This document shows, in pieces, positions 28,735 to 38,847 of a stretch of DNA of 64,000 bases. Position 1 is the stretch's first letter; each line of letters begins with the position of its first letter. This DNA is from an uncultured Desulfatitalea sp. (GTDB taxonomy: Bacteria > Desulfobacterota > Desulfobacteria > Desulfobacterales > Desulfosarcinaceae): positions 2,176,001 through 2,240,000 of the forward strand of contig CAXXMB010000002.1 in assembly GCA_963668675.2 (NCBI GenBank). Reading direction: 5' to 3'. The notes beneath the pieces were generated by a model, which was not told the origin of the DNA, did not search any database, and was given only the letters and a program-made list of their open reading frames with translations. A program made the translations under genes and the position numbers.

Positions 28735-29140
28735 CTATTTCATAGTTTTGGTTTACGTTCTTGGTTTATCTTCCTGGCTCGATTTTATGGCAGGAATCCC
28801 CACGGCCGATGCTACACTTTTTCACTCTGTTTTACGGACGATGGCGACCCTGTCGTCTTCGTGGGAACGGTTCCCCTCTATTATCGTGCCAAACGCTGCA
28901 AAGCAAGGGTTTGTCGTTTTCGATCCGACCGCCAAAGAGCACTTTACATTTCCCTTTTATGTCTGTTAGCATGCGGATCGCCTTAATTTAGTGAACTGGC
29001 TTCATGGCATTGGGGCCGGTGCGCTGTGCCCGGGCAGGCTTATACCGGTCCCCCGTGAGCAAAAATGCGGGGAGCGACCGATGTAAATAAAATTATATAT
29101 AATTACAATAGATTAAAATTTTCAAAGGAGATGGACCCAC

Positions 29141-30949
29141 ATGGCACAAGTGATTACCGACCGTCGTGACATCGATTTCGTTCTCTATGAGCAGCTCGAC
29201 ACCGAGGCCCTGCTCAAGGAGGAGAAGTACAGTGAATTCACCCGCAAGACCCTGGACCTTATTATCAACGAAGCGCGCTTGTTCGCACTTAAAGAGCTCC
29301 TGCCGATATGCGCGGAGGGCGACCGTGAAGGCGTCACCTTCGACAACAACGAGGTGAAGGTGCCGGCCAGCTACCATCGCGCCCATAAGCTTTTCCTGGA
29401 GGGCGAGTGGACCTCATTGACCGAATCGGTGGAGATGGGTGGCCAGGGCCTGCCGCCATCTGTGGCCAGGGCCGTCGCGGAGTATATGATCGGTGCCAAC
29501 TACACCTGTGTCAACTATGCCAACTTCGGCCACGGCACCGGCAAGATGATCGATCTGTTCGGTACCGAGGAGGAGAGAAAGCTCTATGTCAAGAAGCTCT
29601 ACACGGCCGAATGGACCGGCGGCATGCTGTTGACCGAGTCGGATGCCGGGTCGGACGTAGGCGCCCTGACCACCGAAGCGGAAAAGAATGACGACGGCAC
29701 TTACTCGATCACCGGCTCCAAGATCTTCATCACCAACGGCGAGCACGACCTTTCCGAAAACATCATTTCGCCGGTGCTGGCGCGGGTCAAGGGCGCCCCG
29801 GCAGGCACCAAGGGCATCTCGATCTTCATCGTGCCCAAGTTCTGGGTCAACCCCGACGGGTCGCTGGGCGACCGCAACGACATCTACTGCACCGGCATCG
29901 AAGAGAAGATGGGCATCCACGGCAGCGCCTGCTGCACCATGACCATGGGCAGCAAGGGCCAGTGCCGCGGTTTTTTGCTGGGCGAAGAGAACCAGGGCAT
30001 GAAGATCATGTTCCACATGATGAACGAGGCGCGCCTGGGCGTTGGATTCCAGGGCTTTATGCACGGCGCCGTGGCTTACCAGTACGCATTGAATTACGCC
30101 CGCGAACGCATCCAGGGCAAGGACATGACCGCCGGCAAAGACTCGCCGTCGGTGCCGATCATCCGTCATCCGGACGTGCGCCGCATGCTCATGTGGATGA
30201 AGTCTTACGTGGAGGGTCTGCGCAGCTTTATCTATTTCACCGAGAGCCTTTTCGCCAAAGCGGACCTGGCCGGCAGCGACGAAGATAAAACTTACTACAT
30301 GGGGCTCATCGAGCTTTTTACACCCCTGATCAAGGCGTTTTCGGCCCAGCGCGGTTTCGATGTGACCGTGCAGGCCATGCAGGTCTATGGCGGGGCCGGC
30401 TATTGCAAGGAGTACCCGGTCGAGCAACAGTTGCGCGACTGTAAGATCGCCTCGATCTATGAAGGCACCGACGGCATCCAGGCCATGGACCTGCTGGGTC
30501 GCAAGATCGTCATGGATGGCGGCAAGGCCTTCGGCAACTTTCTCAAGGCGCTTCAGGACACCGTCGACGCCGCCAAACAGAAAGAGGAGCTGGCCGGCCT
30601 CGCCGAACAGCTGGAAGCCGCCGCCGGTCGCATGGGCCAAGTGGCCGCGGCCCTGGGCAAGACCGTCATGAGCCCAAATGTGAAGCAGGCCTTTGCCCAC
30701 GCCTTCCCCTTCCTCGAAGTGATGGGCGATGTGATCATGGGCTGGATGCGGCTGTGGCGCGCCAACGTCGCCGTCGATGCGATCGCCAAAGGGGCCAAGT
30801 CCAAAGACGAAGCCTACTACCGCGGACAGATCAAAACCAGCGAATTCTTCATCCAGACGGTGCTGCCCTGCACCCTCGGCAAGATGGCCTCCGTCGAGCA
30901 GATGAGCAACGCGGCGGTCGAGATGGACGAGGCGTGGTTCGGTAACTAG
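29141..30949 (+). CDS. Acyl-CoA dehydrogenase (about 600-aa type)
   Basis: LTESDAGSD, GSKIFIT, EEKMGIHG, MMNEARL, HPDVRRML, IYEGTDGIQAMDLLGRK. Confidence 0.95.
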   Translation: MAQVITDRRDIDFVLYEQLDTEALLKEEKYSEFTRKTLDLIINEARLFALKELLPICAEGDREGVTFDNNEVKVPASYHRAHKLFLEGEWTSLTESVEMGGQGLPPSVARAVAEYMIGANYTCVNYANFGHGTGKMIDLFGTEEERKLYVKKLYTAEWTGGMLLTESDAGSDVGALTTEAEKNDDGTYSITGSKIFITNGEHDLSENIISPVLARVKGAPAGTKGISIFIVPKFWVNPDGSLGDRNDIYCTGIEEKMGIHGSACCTMTMGSKGQCRGFLLGEENQGMKIMFHMMNEARLGVGFQGFMHGAVAYQYALNYARERIQGKDMTAGKDSPSVPIIRHPDVRRMLMWMKSYVEGLRSFIYFTESLFAKADLAGSDEDKTYYMGLIELFTPLIKAFSAQRGFDVTVQAMQVYGGAGYCKEYPVEQQLRDCKIASIYEGTDGIQAMDLLGRKIVMDGGKAFGNFLKALQDTVDAAKQKEELAGLAEQLEAAAGRMGQVAAALGKTVMSPNVKQAFAHAFPFLEVMGDVIMGWMRLWRANVAVDAIAKGAKSKDEAYYRGQIKTSEFFIQTVLPCTLGKMASVEQMSNAAVEMDEAWFGN

Positions 30950-30958
30950 AAATGTTGT

Positions 30959-31001
30959 GTGGGCGGATTGTCACTTGAAGACGATCCGCCCACTTTTTTT
31001 T
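30959..31001 (+). terminator. Intrinsic terminator
   Basis: GTGGGCGGATTGTC / GACGATCCGCCCAC stem followed by a T8 run. Confidence 0.85.
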
Positions 31002-31070
31002 AACTGTGTTCACACCCCCGTGTGATTGTTTTTTTACTTTTAAATTATAACAGAACCATATGGAGGAACC

Positions 31071-32876
31071 ATGGCCGGCAAGTTTGTCAGTATGCGCAAT
31101 CTCAAATTCCTGATTCATGAAGTTTACGACGTCGCGGCGCTCACCAAGACGGACTACTACAGCCAGCATAACAAGAAGGCGTTCGACATGGTATTGGACG
31201 CAGCCATGAAACTGGCCCAGAAGATGCTTTATCCGATTCTCGAGGAGATGGACCGTAAAGCGCCATACCTGGAGAACGGAGAGGTTCGGGTGCATCCCAA
31301 CGTCGGTGAGATCCTGAAGGAGTTCGGCGAGGGAGGCTGGATCGGCGCCACCTTCCCTGAGGAGTGGGACGGCGAACAACTGCCCGGTCTGCTGAACTGC
31401 GCCTGCCAACTGATCACGTCGGCATCCAACTATTCGGCCAGTGCGTATATGGGGTTGACCTCCGGCGCCGCCCGCCTGATCTATTCGTATGCCAACAAGG
31501 AGCTGCAAAAGACCTATTTGCCGGAAATGATGGCTGGCAACTGGCAGGGCACCATGGCCCTGACCGAGCCCCAGGCCGGAAGTTCCCTCAGCGACATCAC
31601 CACCACAGCCACCCCGACCGACGAGGGCTACTACAAGCTCAAAGGCACCAAGGTGTTCATCTCCGCCGGCGACCATGACGGCACCAAGAACGTGGTGCAC
31701 ATGCTCCTGGGGCGCATCGAAGGGGCACCCGAGGGCGTTAAGGGGATCTCCATGTTTCTGGTGCCCAAGCTGCGCGTCGAGGAAAACGGCAAGCTGGTTC
31801 CCAACGATGTGACGGTCTCCCAGGTTTTTCACAAGATGGGCTACCGCGGCACCCCCATTACCGAGTTGAGCTTCGGCGACAAGGACGACTGCCGCGCATT
31901 TCTGGTGGGCGAAGCCAACCTCGGCCTAATGTATATGTTCCAAATGATGAATGAAGCCCGTATCGGCGTTGGCTTGGGCGCCGCCGCCATCGCCTCGGCG
32001 GCCTATTATGCTGCCCTGGACTACTGCAAGACCCGTCCCCAGGGGCGCATCCCGGGACAGAAAGATCCGACGAGCCCCCAGGTGCCCATCGTCGAGCACG
32101 CCGATATCCGTCGCATGCTGCTGTTCCAACGTGCCGTGATCGAGGGATCGGAGGGCCTCCTTATGCAGTGCGCCCTTTACGAAGACTACCTGAGATGCAA
32201 ACCCAAAGAGGAGCACGAGCGTTATGAGCTCCTGCTCGACCTGCTTACCCCCATGGCCAAGACCTATCCGTCCGAAATGGCCATTCACACCACAAGCCAG
32301 GCCATCCAGTGCCTGGGCGGCTATGGCTACTGCGAGGATTTCCCGGTCGAGCAGTACTTCCGTGACTGCCGCATCCACCCGATCCACGAAGGTACCACCG
32401 GTATTCAGGGCATGGACCTGCTGGGCCGCAAGGTGATCATGAAAGGAGGCAAGGCGTTCCTTCTCTTCAAGCAGGAGGTCAGCGCAGATATAAAAAAGGC
32501 CCACGGTATTGCTCCGCTTGAGCCTCTGGTAGAAAAGCTCGAAGAGGCCATGCAGATTCTCGAGCAGACCACGGCCAAGCTGGGCGCCGTTTTCGGTGAA
32601 AAGGGCGTGGCGGTCTACCTGGCCGACGCCACCCTCTACCTGGAGATGTTCGGCATCATCGCCGTGGCGTGGCAATGGCTGCTGCAGGCCGCCGCGGCCC
32701 AACAGGCGCTGGACGGCAAACCCAAATCAGCCGACATTAATTTCTATAAGGGCAAGCTGGTCACAGCAAGATACTTCTTCGCCTACGAGATGCCCAAGAT
32801 CCACAGCATCGTTCAACGGCTCACCGACGGCGATCCGCTGACCGTGGAGATGGAGAGCGCCTTTTTAAACGACTAG
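31071..32876 (+). CDS. Acyl-CoA dehydrogenase (tandem paralog)
   Basis: ALTEPQAGSSL, GTKVFIS, HKMGYRG, MMNEARI, IHEGTTGIQGMDLLGRK. Confidence 0.95.
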   Translation: MAGKFVSMRNLKFLIHEVYDVAALTKTDYYSQHNKKAFDMVLDAAMKLAQKMLYPILEEMDRKAPYLENGEVRVHPNVGEILKEFGEGGWIGATFPEEWDGEQLPGLLNCACQLITSASNYSASAYMGLTSGAARLIYSYANKELQKTYLPEMMAGNWQGTMALTEPQAGSSLSDITTTATPTDEGYYKLKGTKVFISAGDHDGTKNVVHMLLGRIEGAPEGVKGISMFLVPKLRVEENGKLVPNDVTVSQVFHKMGYRGTPITELSFGDKDDCRAFLVGEANLGLMYMFQMMNEARIGVGLGAAAIASAAYYAALDYCKTRPQGRIPGQKDPTSPQVPIVEHADIRRMLLFQRAVIEGSEGLLMQCALYEDYLRCKPKEEHERYELLLDLLTPMAKTYPSEMAIHTTSQAIQCLGGYGYCEDFPVEQYFRDCRIHPIHEGTTGIQGMDLLGRKVIMKGGKAFLLFKQEVSADIKKAHGIAPLEPLVEKLEEAMQILEQTTAKLGAVFGEKGVAVYLADATLYLEMFGIIAVAWQWLLQAAAAQQALDGKPKSADINFYKGKLVTARYFFAYEMPKIHSIVQRLTDGDPLTVEMESAFLND

Positions 32877-32903
32877 ACCCATATGAGCATTAGATTCAAG
32901 CAA

Positions 32904-32948
32904 ATGATCCGGACGGCACGGCAGAAATTTACGCGCCGTCCGGATCAT
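32904..32948. terminator. Strong hairpin after the second acyl-CoA dehydrogenase
   Basis: ATGATCCGGACGGC / GCCGTCCGGATCAT 14-bp stem with no U-tract. Confidence 0.45.
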
Positions 32949-32998
32949 GACAGACCGACCCAACCCGATCCACCTCCTGATCCTAAACGAAAGAGACC

Positions 32999-33442
32999 TT
33001 GAATCTGCCATGCATCTGGGAGCGGAACAGCGAGGCGATCATCAACTCAATACTTCTCATTTTATCAGCGCTCTTCTGGGTGGGTACCCTCATTGCGGTG
33101 CCCCTGATTCTCGTATGGCTGCCCGCCGACTACCTGACGGCCCAAAGCAACGAAGGCCTTGTTCGCCAGACCGGAGGCGTGTGGCGCTACCCCTACTGGA
33201 TCTTCAAGAATCTGATCGGGGCGATATTCATCATCGCCGGCATCATCATGCTGTTCCTGCCGGGCCAGGGAATTTTGACCATTGTACTTGGGCTGGCTCT
33301 GATCAATTTCCCCGGCAAACGAAGGGTGATTCTCCGGCTCTTTGGTCACCCTCGCATTTTTAACGCCATCAACCGCCTGCGAGCCAAGGCCGGCAAACCT
33401 CCCCTGGAAGAGCCTCTTGACGAGTCGCACGATCCTGCCTGA
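32999..33442 (+). CDS. PGPGW-like small membrane protein
   Basis: LPADY, KNLIG-x5-AGIIMLFLPGQGILTI, NFPGKR, INRLRAKAGKPPL; TTG start uncertain. Confidence 0.7.
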   Translation: MNLPCIWERNSEAIINSILLILSALFWVGTLIAVPLILVWLPADYLTAQSNEGLVRQTGGVWRYPYWIFKNLIGAIFIIAGIIMLFLPGQGILTIVLGLALINFPGKRRVILRLFGHPRIFNAINRLRAKAGKPPLEEPLDESHDPA

Positions 33443-33764
33443 TGACGACCCCCTAATACTGATTACGTTTCACTTTGCATTTCCGGGAGAGCCGGACGAC
33501 ACTTTTTGTTGGATAGGGATGGTTGTCCATGATACCGATGGCCTGAGCATGCTGGTGAGCGTTGCTTATGTCCCTAACTCAAGAGGGCAGGTAAAACGGC
33601 CGATGAGAGGGATGGTCTCCACCAGCGCGGATGCCACGGACGGGTGTAAAGCCCGCATCTACGATAATTGCAATAATTAAAGCTCGTTATCATACACAAA
33701 CGAGGTAGGGGCAGGATATGTTCCCGCCCGGGTAATATCCCCTTGGAAGGGTTTGGCAGGAAGC

Positions 33765-34508
33765 ATGAACCATACCGATAACAGCAAACTGCCGTTGCAC
33801 AGCAGGGCCAGACGGCGCACATGCCTCTCTTGCGGCGGAGAGCTGCCGCCGCGGCATCGGCGCTACTGCGCCAACGCCTGCCGGCAGCAGCTTCTGGCGA
33901 CGCTCAACCGTCGTACCGGGTTGTTGCGGGCATTGAATACCCGTTATGCGACCTTCTATTTCACCGATTTCGTCATCGTGATGGATCTGCTCACCTACGG
34001 TGCCGAACAGATTTACAGCTACATGCTGCCCCGCGCGCTAGGCCGCAAACCGGTGGAAGACTTCTGCGATCTCTCCAACATGCTCGGCACCGAGTGGTGG
34101 AACGAGCGCAACCGCACCAAGAAGCGCTATGTCGCCTCCCAGCGTGTCCTGGAAAAGGCCTCCAAAGCCGATAAACCGGCCCAGACGGTCATCCCGTCCA
34201 CCCTGGCCGTACCGTCTGTCGGCGTCAGGCATCTGATGACCCTGGAGCTCAGCACCGATGAGCTGACACCATCCAACATGCAGAACAGCATCAAGCGGGC
34301 CTACCGCAATCAGGTCAAACGCCACCATCCCGATCTGGGCGGCAGCGCCCAGGCGTTCCTCAAGATCCAGGAGGCGTATGAGCGTCTGATTCACTGGACC
34401 AAGAACCCCACCTACATCCGCAGGAGCGGCTTTCCCGACAAGTGGCTCTACGAAGGCGCCAACAACCGCTGGCTGCAGCCGATCGTGCCGCGCCGAACTC
34501 GCCGCTAG
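33765..34508 (+). CDS. J-domain protein with N-terminal Cys cluster
   Basis: CLSC-x10-YCANAC at the N-terminus; IKRAYR...HHPDLGG...FLKIQEAYERL near the C-terminus. Confidence 0.8.
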   Translation: MNHTDNSKLPLHSRARRRTCLSCGGELPPRHRRYCANACRQQLLATLNRRTGLLRALNTRYATFYFTDFVIVMDLLTYGAEQIYSYMLPRALGRKPVEDFCDLSNMLGTEWWNERNRTKKRYVASQRVLEKASKADKPAQTVIPSTLAVPSVGVRHLMTLELSTDELTPSNMQNSIKRAYRNQVKRHHPDLGGSAQAFLKIQEAYERLIHWTKNPTYIRRSGFPDKWLYEGANNRWLQPIVPRRTRR

Positions 34509-34519
34509 CCCTCTCCTTC

Positions 34520-34867
34520 TCACCTCGATGTTGGTGTCGATGCCCCCTGCCGGCCCTCGAGCAGTTCGATGATGCGCGCCTGCTGTTGCAGGAGCTTCAG
34601 GTTGGTCTCCACCGTGTAGCGGGTGGCCACGGCAATCTGGCGCAGGTAGGTTTCGGACATGTTGGTGGAGAGGGTGCGGGTGTTGTCGTCGTGGGCTGCC
34701 AAATCGCGATAGAAATCCTCGCCGAGTTGGATGAAGATGGCGGCCGGCGGATAGGGCGCGGATGGCTTCTGGGGGCGTTTTGCATCGGCCAGCGTGGCAG
34801 CGGCGGCGATGGCAAGTGCAACGGCGCTAACGCCGATCAGCAGGGTCGGGCGTTTTACACCTCTCAT
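34520..34867 (-). CDS. Hypothetical secreted protein
   Basis: Signal-peptide-like N-terminus, AGGAG RBS, host-like codon usage. Confidence 0.65.
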   Translation of the reverse strand: MRGVKRPTLLIGVSAVALAIAAAATLADAKRPQKPSAPYPPAAIFIQLGEDFYRDLAAHDDNTRTLSTNMSETYLRQIAVATRYTVETNLKLLQQQARIIELLEGRQGASTPTSR

Positions 34868-34887
34868 GTTCTTCTCCTTTGAATCCT

Positions 34888-35727
34888 TTAAAATCGAATT
34901 AAATAGTCGGCTTCGGACGGGCCCACCAGGTCGGGTTCGAAGGCGCCGGGGGTTTCGGGCAGCAATACGAGCGTGGGCCAGGGGGCCCGCTTGGCCAGCT
35001 GGGCCGGAATTGCCTGCTTCTGGGCATGGCCGGCCCCGGCCAGGATCACCAGGATCGTATTATCATTTGCCTCCAGGTACTGGGCCGCGTAGACGGCCAT
35101 GGCGGTGTCCCAGAGCAGTTGGGCCTCACAGAAATAATCAAACTGCATCTTCCCGTGCGCATGGGCGTCATAGGCTTCGCGGATGTAGTCCCGGTAGGCC
35201 GGGGTCACATCGCAGGTCACCGGCCCCAGGATCTCTTTTTGGGTTTCATTGAGAGATGCGAAGCCGTTATAGGCGACCTGTTTGGAAACGCCGCGATCCA
35301 CGTTGAGGCCGACCATGGGGATGCTGTGTTCGCGTGCATATTGGAAAATGGGCCTGTAGATGGCCCACTTGAAGTTCCAGTTGTCCAAAAAGATCGGCTT
35401 GAACTGCGCTTCATCGATCTGGCCGTCGATCCAGCGGTCCAAATCGGCCTGACTCTCCCTGCGGAACATCTCCAGTCCTATGGCCACCCGGTTTCCCGAC
35501 GTTACCAGGGAGCGGATCACCTCCAGTTGCGCCTGGTGATGGGATTCGATGGCGTGGTGCTCACCCACCAGAATCACCCTGGCTTTCACCAGTCGCTCTT
35601 GCATCGTCGCTTTATCAATCGTGCGCTGCTCCCTGAGGTCGAACAGCTGCAGCTCTCCGCCTCCGAGCAGGGCCCGGCAGCCTATCAGCAGCCCGACCAC
35701 GGCAACTGAGACGATTATTCTCTTCAT
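34888..35727 (-). CDS. ChaN/PhuW family lipoprotein
   Basis: Lipobox LIGC, VGEHH, IGLEMF, AQLLWD-x-AMA, AGAGH. Confidence 0.85.
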   Translation of the reverse strand: MKRIIVSVAVVGLLIGCRALLGGGELQLFDLREQRTIDKATMQERLVKARVILVGEHHAIESHHQAQLEVIRSLVTSGNRVAIGLEMFRRESQADLDRWIDGQIDEAQFKPIFLDNWNFKWAIYRPIFQYAREHSIPMVGLNVDRGVSKQVAYNGFASLNETQKEILGPVTCDVTPAYRDYIREAYDAHAHGKMQFDYFCEAQLLWDTAMAVYAAQYLEANDNTILVILAGAGHAQKQAIPAQLAKRAPWPTLVLLPETPGAFEPDLVGPSEADYLIRF

Positions 35728-35909
35728 GGGTTCACCTCTATCCAGCTCTTTTGCATGGCCCGTATCGGACCGGTTGGCCCAATCTAAGCGCCCACAGACC
35801 CGCTGTCAAAAACGGCAGCAACGAGAGGGGGCGACGGCCGGCGCAATGGGTTGACATTTCGGATTGAAAAGCTGAAATTAGGCGATTCGATATCCGGACA
35901 GGAGCAACG

Positions 35910-36350
35910 ATGGTGGACCCATTCTGGACGAACAAGACCCTGGATCAATTGACCCCTGAGCAGTGGGAGGCGCTGTGCGACGGCTGCGGTCGCTGCTGCC
36001 TGCAGAAGCTCAAGAGCGCCACCACGGGCAAGGTCTCCTACACGTGGGTGGCCTGCTACCTGCTGGACATCGAGCGTTGCCGCTGCGACGATTACGACCT
36101 GCGCCATGTGCTGGTCCCCGATTGCCTGGAGCTGAGTGCGGAGAACATTCCCCGACTCCACTGGCTTCCCCGAACCTGCGCCTATCGCCTGGTGGCTGCC
36201 GGCAAAGAGCTGCCCGAATGGCATCCGCTGGTCAGCGGTTCGCCGGAGACAGTTCACACCGCTGGCATCTCGGTGCGAGAGCGTGCTATTTCAGAAGAGC
36301 ACGTCCATCCCGACGACCTGGAAAAGTTTGTGATGAAGAAGCGGTTTTAG
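35910..36350 (+). CDS. YcgN (UPF0260) cysteine-cluster protein
   Basis: WEALCDGCGRCCL-x-K, WLP-x-TCAYR, WHPLVSG. Confidence 0.92.
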   Translation: MVDPFWTNKTLDQLTPEQWEALCDGCGRCCLQKLKSATTGKVSYTWVACYLLDIERCRCDDYDLRHVLVPDCLELSAENIPRLHWLPRTCAYRLVAAGKELPEWHPLVSGSPETVHTAGISVRERAISEEHVHPDDLEKFVMKKRF

Positions 36351-36354
36351 TTGC

Positions 36355-38844
36355 CTACATGGTGGCCTGGTACGTCGTGATATCTTCGGCCAGGAAGGTT
36401 CGACTGCCATATAGCTCCGGCGCCAGGGCAGGCCAGTGGGATGGGTACATGGTCGTGAAAACGCGCTGGAACATCGCTTCGAGCAGCTGGTCGGCGGCAA
36501 TGATGGCGTTGGGGGTGTCGAGGCTGGCTTCGGCCCGCTGGACCTTCTCCAGGCGCGCCTTGAGTTTCTCGAGCAGTTCAAAGTAGAGCAGCACTTCACT
36601 TCGATGTTGCGGTTTATTTTCCCCGCTCTCCATCTCCTGGGTGAGCTTGGTTCTCATTTGACTGATCTTCTCGGCGGAGGCCTCTTTCAAGTAGCGGCGC
36701 TTGTCCCCGCTGCTGAAGAAGGATTGGTCACCCACCGCTTTGCCCACTGTCTCTTCAATCTCCTCCGTCTCCTTTTTCAATCCTGCGGAGATGTCGCCGA
36801 TCAGCCCTTGGGGCACGGTCGCGTCCACCCGGGAGAAGACCTCTCCATATTCTGACATTTTGGTCTGGAATTCGGCCACGGCGCTGTTCCAGAAGAGCCG
36901 ACTGATGCGGGTCACATCTTTCATCAGGTCGGGGCCGGCCGGATCGACCACTTTGAGGCGGTCGAGGATCTCCGGAAAGACGTGGGCTGTGGTGGCAAAG
37001 AGGTTTTCGCCGGTGACCAGCTTGAAGATGATGGCAATGGTGGCATACCAGTCCTGCAGGTGAAGTATGGCGGGCAGGTCTTCGTAGGCTTCCAGCAAGA
37101 TGGCGTTGGACATGAGATGGGTCGGCGTCGCATAGAGGGGCGTGCCGGCCATCTGAGGCTGGGGAATCAGTATGGGGTCATCGGCGTCGGTGGCCACGGC
37201 CGTCTCCACGTCGATCAAGCCGATGGAAAACTTGTCGGGATTATTGAGGAAGACCGGGTATTCGTCGGGATTGCCGGCCACGAAGAGGTTCTCCGGCTTG
37301 AGGTCGCGCAGGGCCAGACCCCGCTGCCCGATCCAATCCAGCAGGTTCAATATATTGGTGGCCATGCCCTCGAATTGCCGCCGGTGCTGAGAGAAGCGCG
37401 TTTCGCGAATGTAGTCGGTCAAATGGCGTCGATAGAGATCGACTTCAAATTGATGTTTTTTGGTCACCTTGGCGAGCACTTGGTTGAGCTTGGCGACCGT
37501 CTCTACAGGCAGTTGGGTCTCTTCGCGCCGGATCGTCTCGCCGGCCATGTGGGCCAGAAACCACTGTTTGAGGTTATAGGTCGGCACCGATTTGCTGACG
37601 TCGGCCGCCTCGAGCACTTCGCGCAACCTCCCTTCACAGTGGTAGTAGGCTTCCTGAAGCGCCTGGGAGACCGGTCCGGCCGTCTCGCCATAGCGGCAGA
37701 CAAAGCCGTGTTGGTCCCAAAGCAATTCAGGATGTTGGCGTGCCTCCAGAATCAGCTGTCCGTAACCACTGTGGATCTCCTCCAGGGTGGAGCTGAGGAA
37801 GTGGTGCTTGGCCAGGTCCATGAAGAAGGCGAATGAGTCATCGATCTTCAGATGCTCCTGCAACTCGACGTCGGTTTGCAGCAGGTGGGTATACCTCTTT
37901 TCGAGCATCTCCTCAGAGAGCGATTCGCTGTCGGGAAAGGTGTGCACTGCCTTCAAAATAACCGATACGCGCGGGACGATGCACGGACTGGGCGCCAGCC
38001 GGTCCACGATGCGCCCCTCGGCGGCAATTTGGCGCTTGTAGTCGCTGAATTTGCTCATCGGCAGCGGTGGTATTTTGATCACGAGGTGGGAGTCGTAGAT
38101 CACATAGAAACATCGGCTGCGGCTGCCGCCGCCCTGGCCCAGCATGCCGATGGACATGCGCCGCGTCATCCACTCATCGTCGTGCAGGATGCGCATCTCG
38201 TAGGTTTCGTTGGGGCAGGTGAGGCGGGTCTCGGTGCGTACGATCTGGGCCGGCGCGTCGGGGTCGACCTCATGTTGCTTCTTGAACAGACTAAGAAAGA
38301 AGCGCATTACCTGCTGTTGATCGGAAAGCTTGAGGGTTGGTTTGGGCTGCTTGGACGGCACGCTCGGTTTGCGGACCACCCTCTTTTCAGGTTTGATTCT
38401 GTTTGCCTCGGCTGCGGTTGGACGATTCGAGGAGAGGACCGATTTACGCCTCGGCCGAAGTAGCATGGCCAGCAATAGGGAGACCACAAGTACGGGGGCA
38501 CCCACCACCCATTTGGCATAGAGCTTGACGGCCTCTTTGTTGACGCCAACCTTTTGATACGCCTGTTTGGCCGAGTTTTGGAGACGGACCCAGAGAGAGT
38601 CATCCGGACCCTTATCCTCCACACGTTCCGTATTCGCCAGACGGGCCGTCTCGATATGGTCATTGTCGGGCGACAGCTCTCCCGGCACCGCCCAGCATAC
38701 ACTGATCCACACCGTGAACAGCAATACGGATAAGGTGGCGAGGCGGCATATTCGGGTCGGGGGTTTTGTCATTTTAATTTGGCGCCGATCGCTTTCAGGA
38801 CGCCCTTTTTCAGGTCGATGCGTGCTTGCACTCTGTAGCGGCAC
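36355..38844 (-). CDS. Membrane-anchored Ser/Thr protein kinase-like protein (atypical)
   Basis: GQGGGS glycine loop, LVIK, LRDLKPENL catalytic loop, IDVE, AGTPLYATP, DWYA; N-terminal hydrophobic segments; alternative ATG at 38772. Confidence 0.75.
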   Translation of the reverse strand: MPLQSASTHRPEKGRPESDRRQIKMTKPPTRICRLATLSVLLFTVWISVCWAVPGELSPDNDHIETARLANTERVEDKGPDDSLWVRLQNSAKQAYQKVGVNKEAVKLYAKWVVGAPVLVVSLLLAMLLRPRRKSVLSSNRPTAAEANRIKPEKRVVRKPSVPSKQPKPTLKLSDQQQVMRFFLSLFKKQHEVDPDAPAQIVRTETRLTCPNETYEMRILHDDEWMTRRMSIGMLGQGGGSRSRCFYVIYDSHLVIKIPPLPMSKFSDYKRQIAAEGRIVDRLAPSPCIVPRVSVILKAVHTFPDSESLSEEMLEKRYTHLLQTDVELQEHLKIDDSFAFFMDLAKHHFLSSTLEEIHSGYGQLILEARQHPELLWDQHGFVCRYGETAGPVSQALQEAYYHCEGRLREVLEAADVSKSVPTYNLKQWFLAHMAGETIRREETQLPVETVAKLNQVLAKVTKKHQFEVDLYRRHLTDYIRETRFSQHRRQFEGMATNILNLLDWIGQRGLALRDLKPENLFVAGNPDEYPVFLNNPDKFSIGLIDVETAVATDADDPILIPQPQMAGTPLYATPTHLMSNAILLEAYEDLPAILHLQDWYATIAIIFKLVTGENLFATTAHVFPEILDRLKVVDPAGPDLMKDVTRISRLFWNSAVAEFQTKMSEYGEVFSRVDATVPQGLIGDISAGLKKETEEIEETVGKAVGDQSFFSSGDKRRYLKEASAEKISQMRTKLTQEMESGENKPQHRSEVLLYFELLEKLKARLEKVQRAEASLDTPNAIIAADQLLEAMFQRVFTTMYPSHWPALAPELYGSRTFLAEDITTYQATM

Positions 38845-38847
38845 GGG

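Noticed and set aside
29141..32876. Tandem acyl-CoA dehydrogenases as a novel system
   Set aside because: Such paralog pairs are common in fatty-acid-degrading anaerobes.
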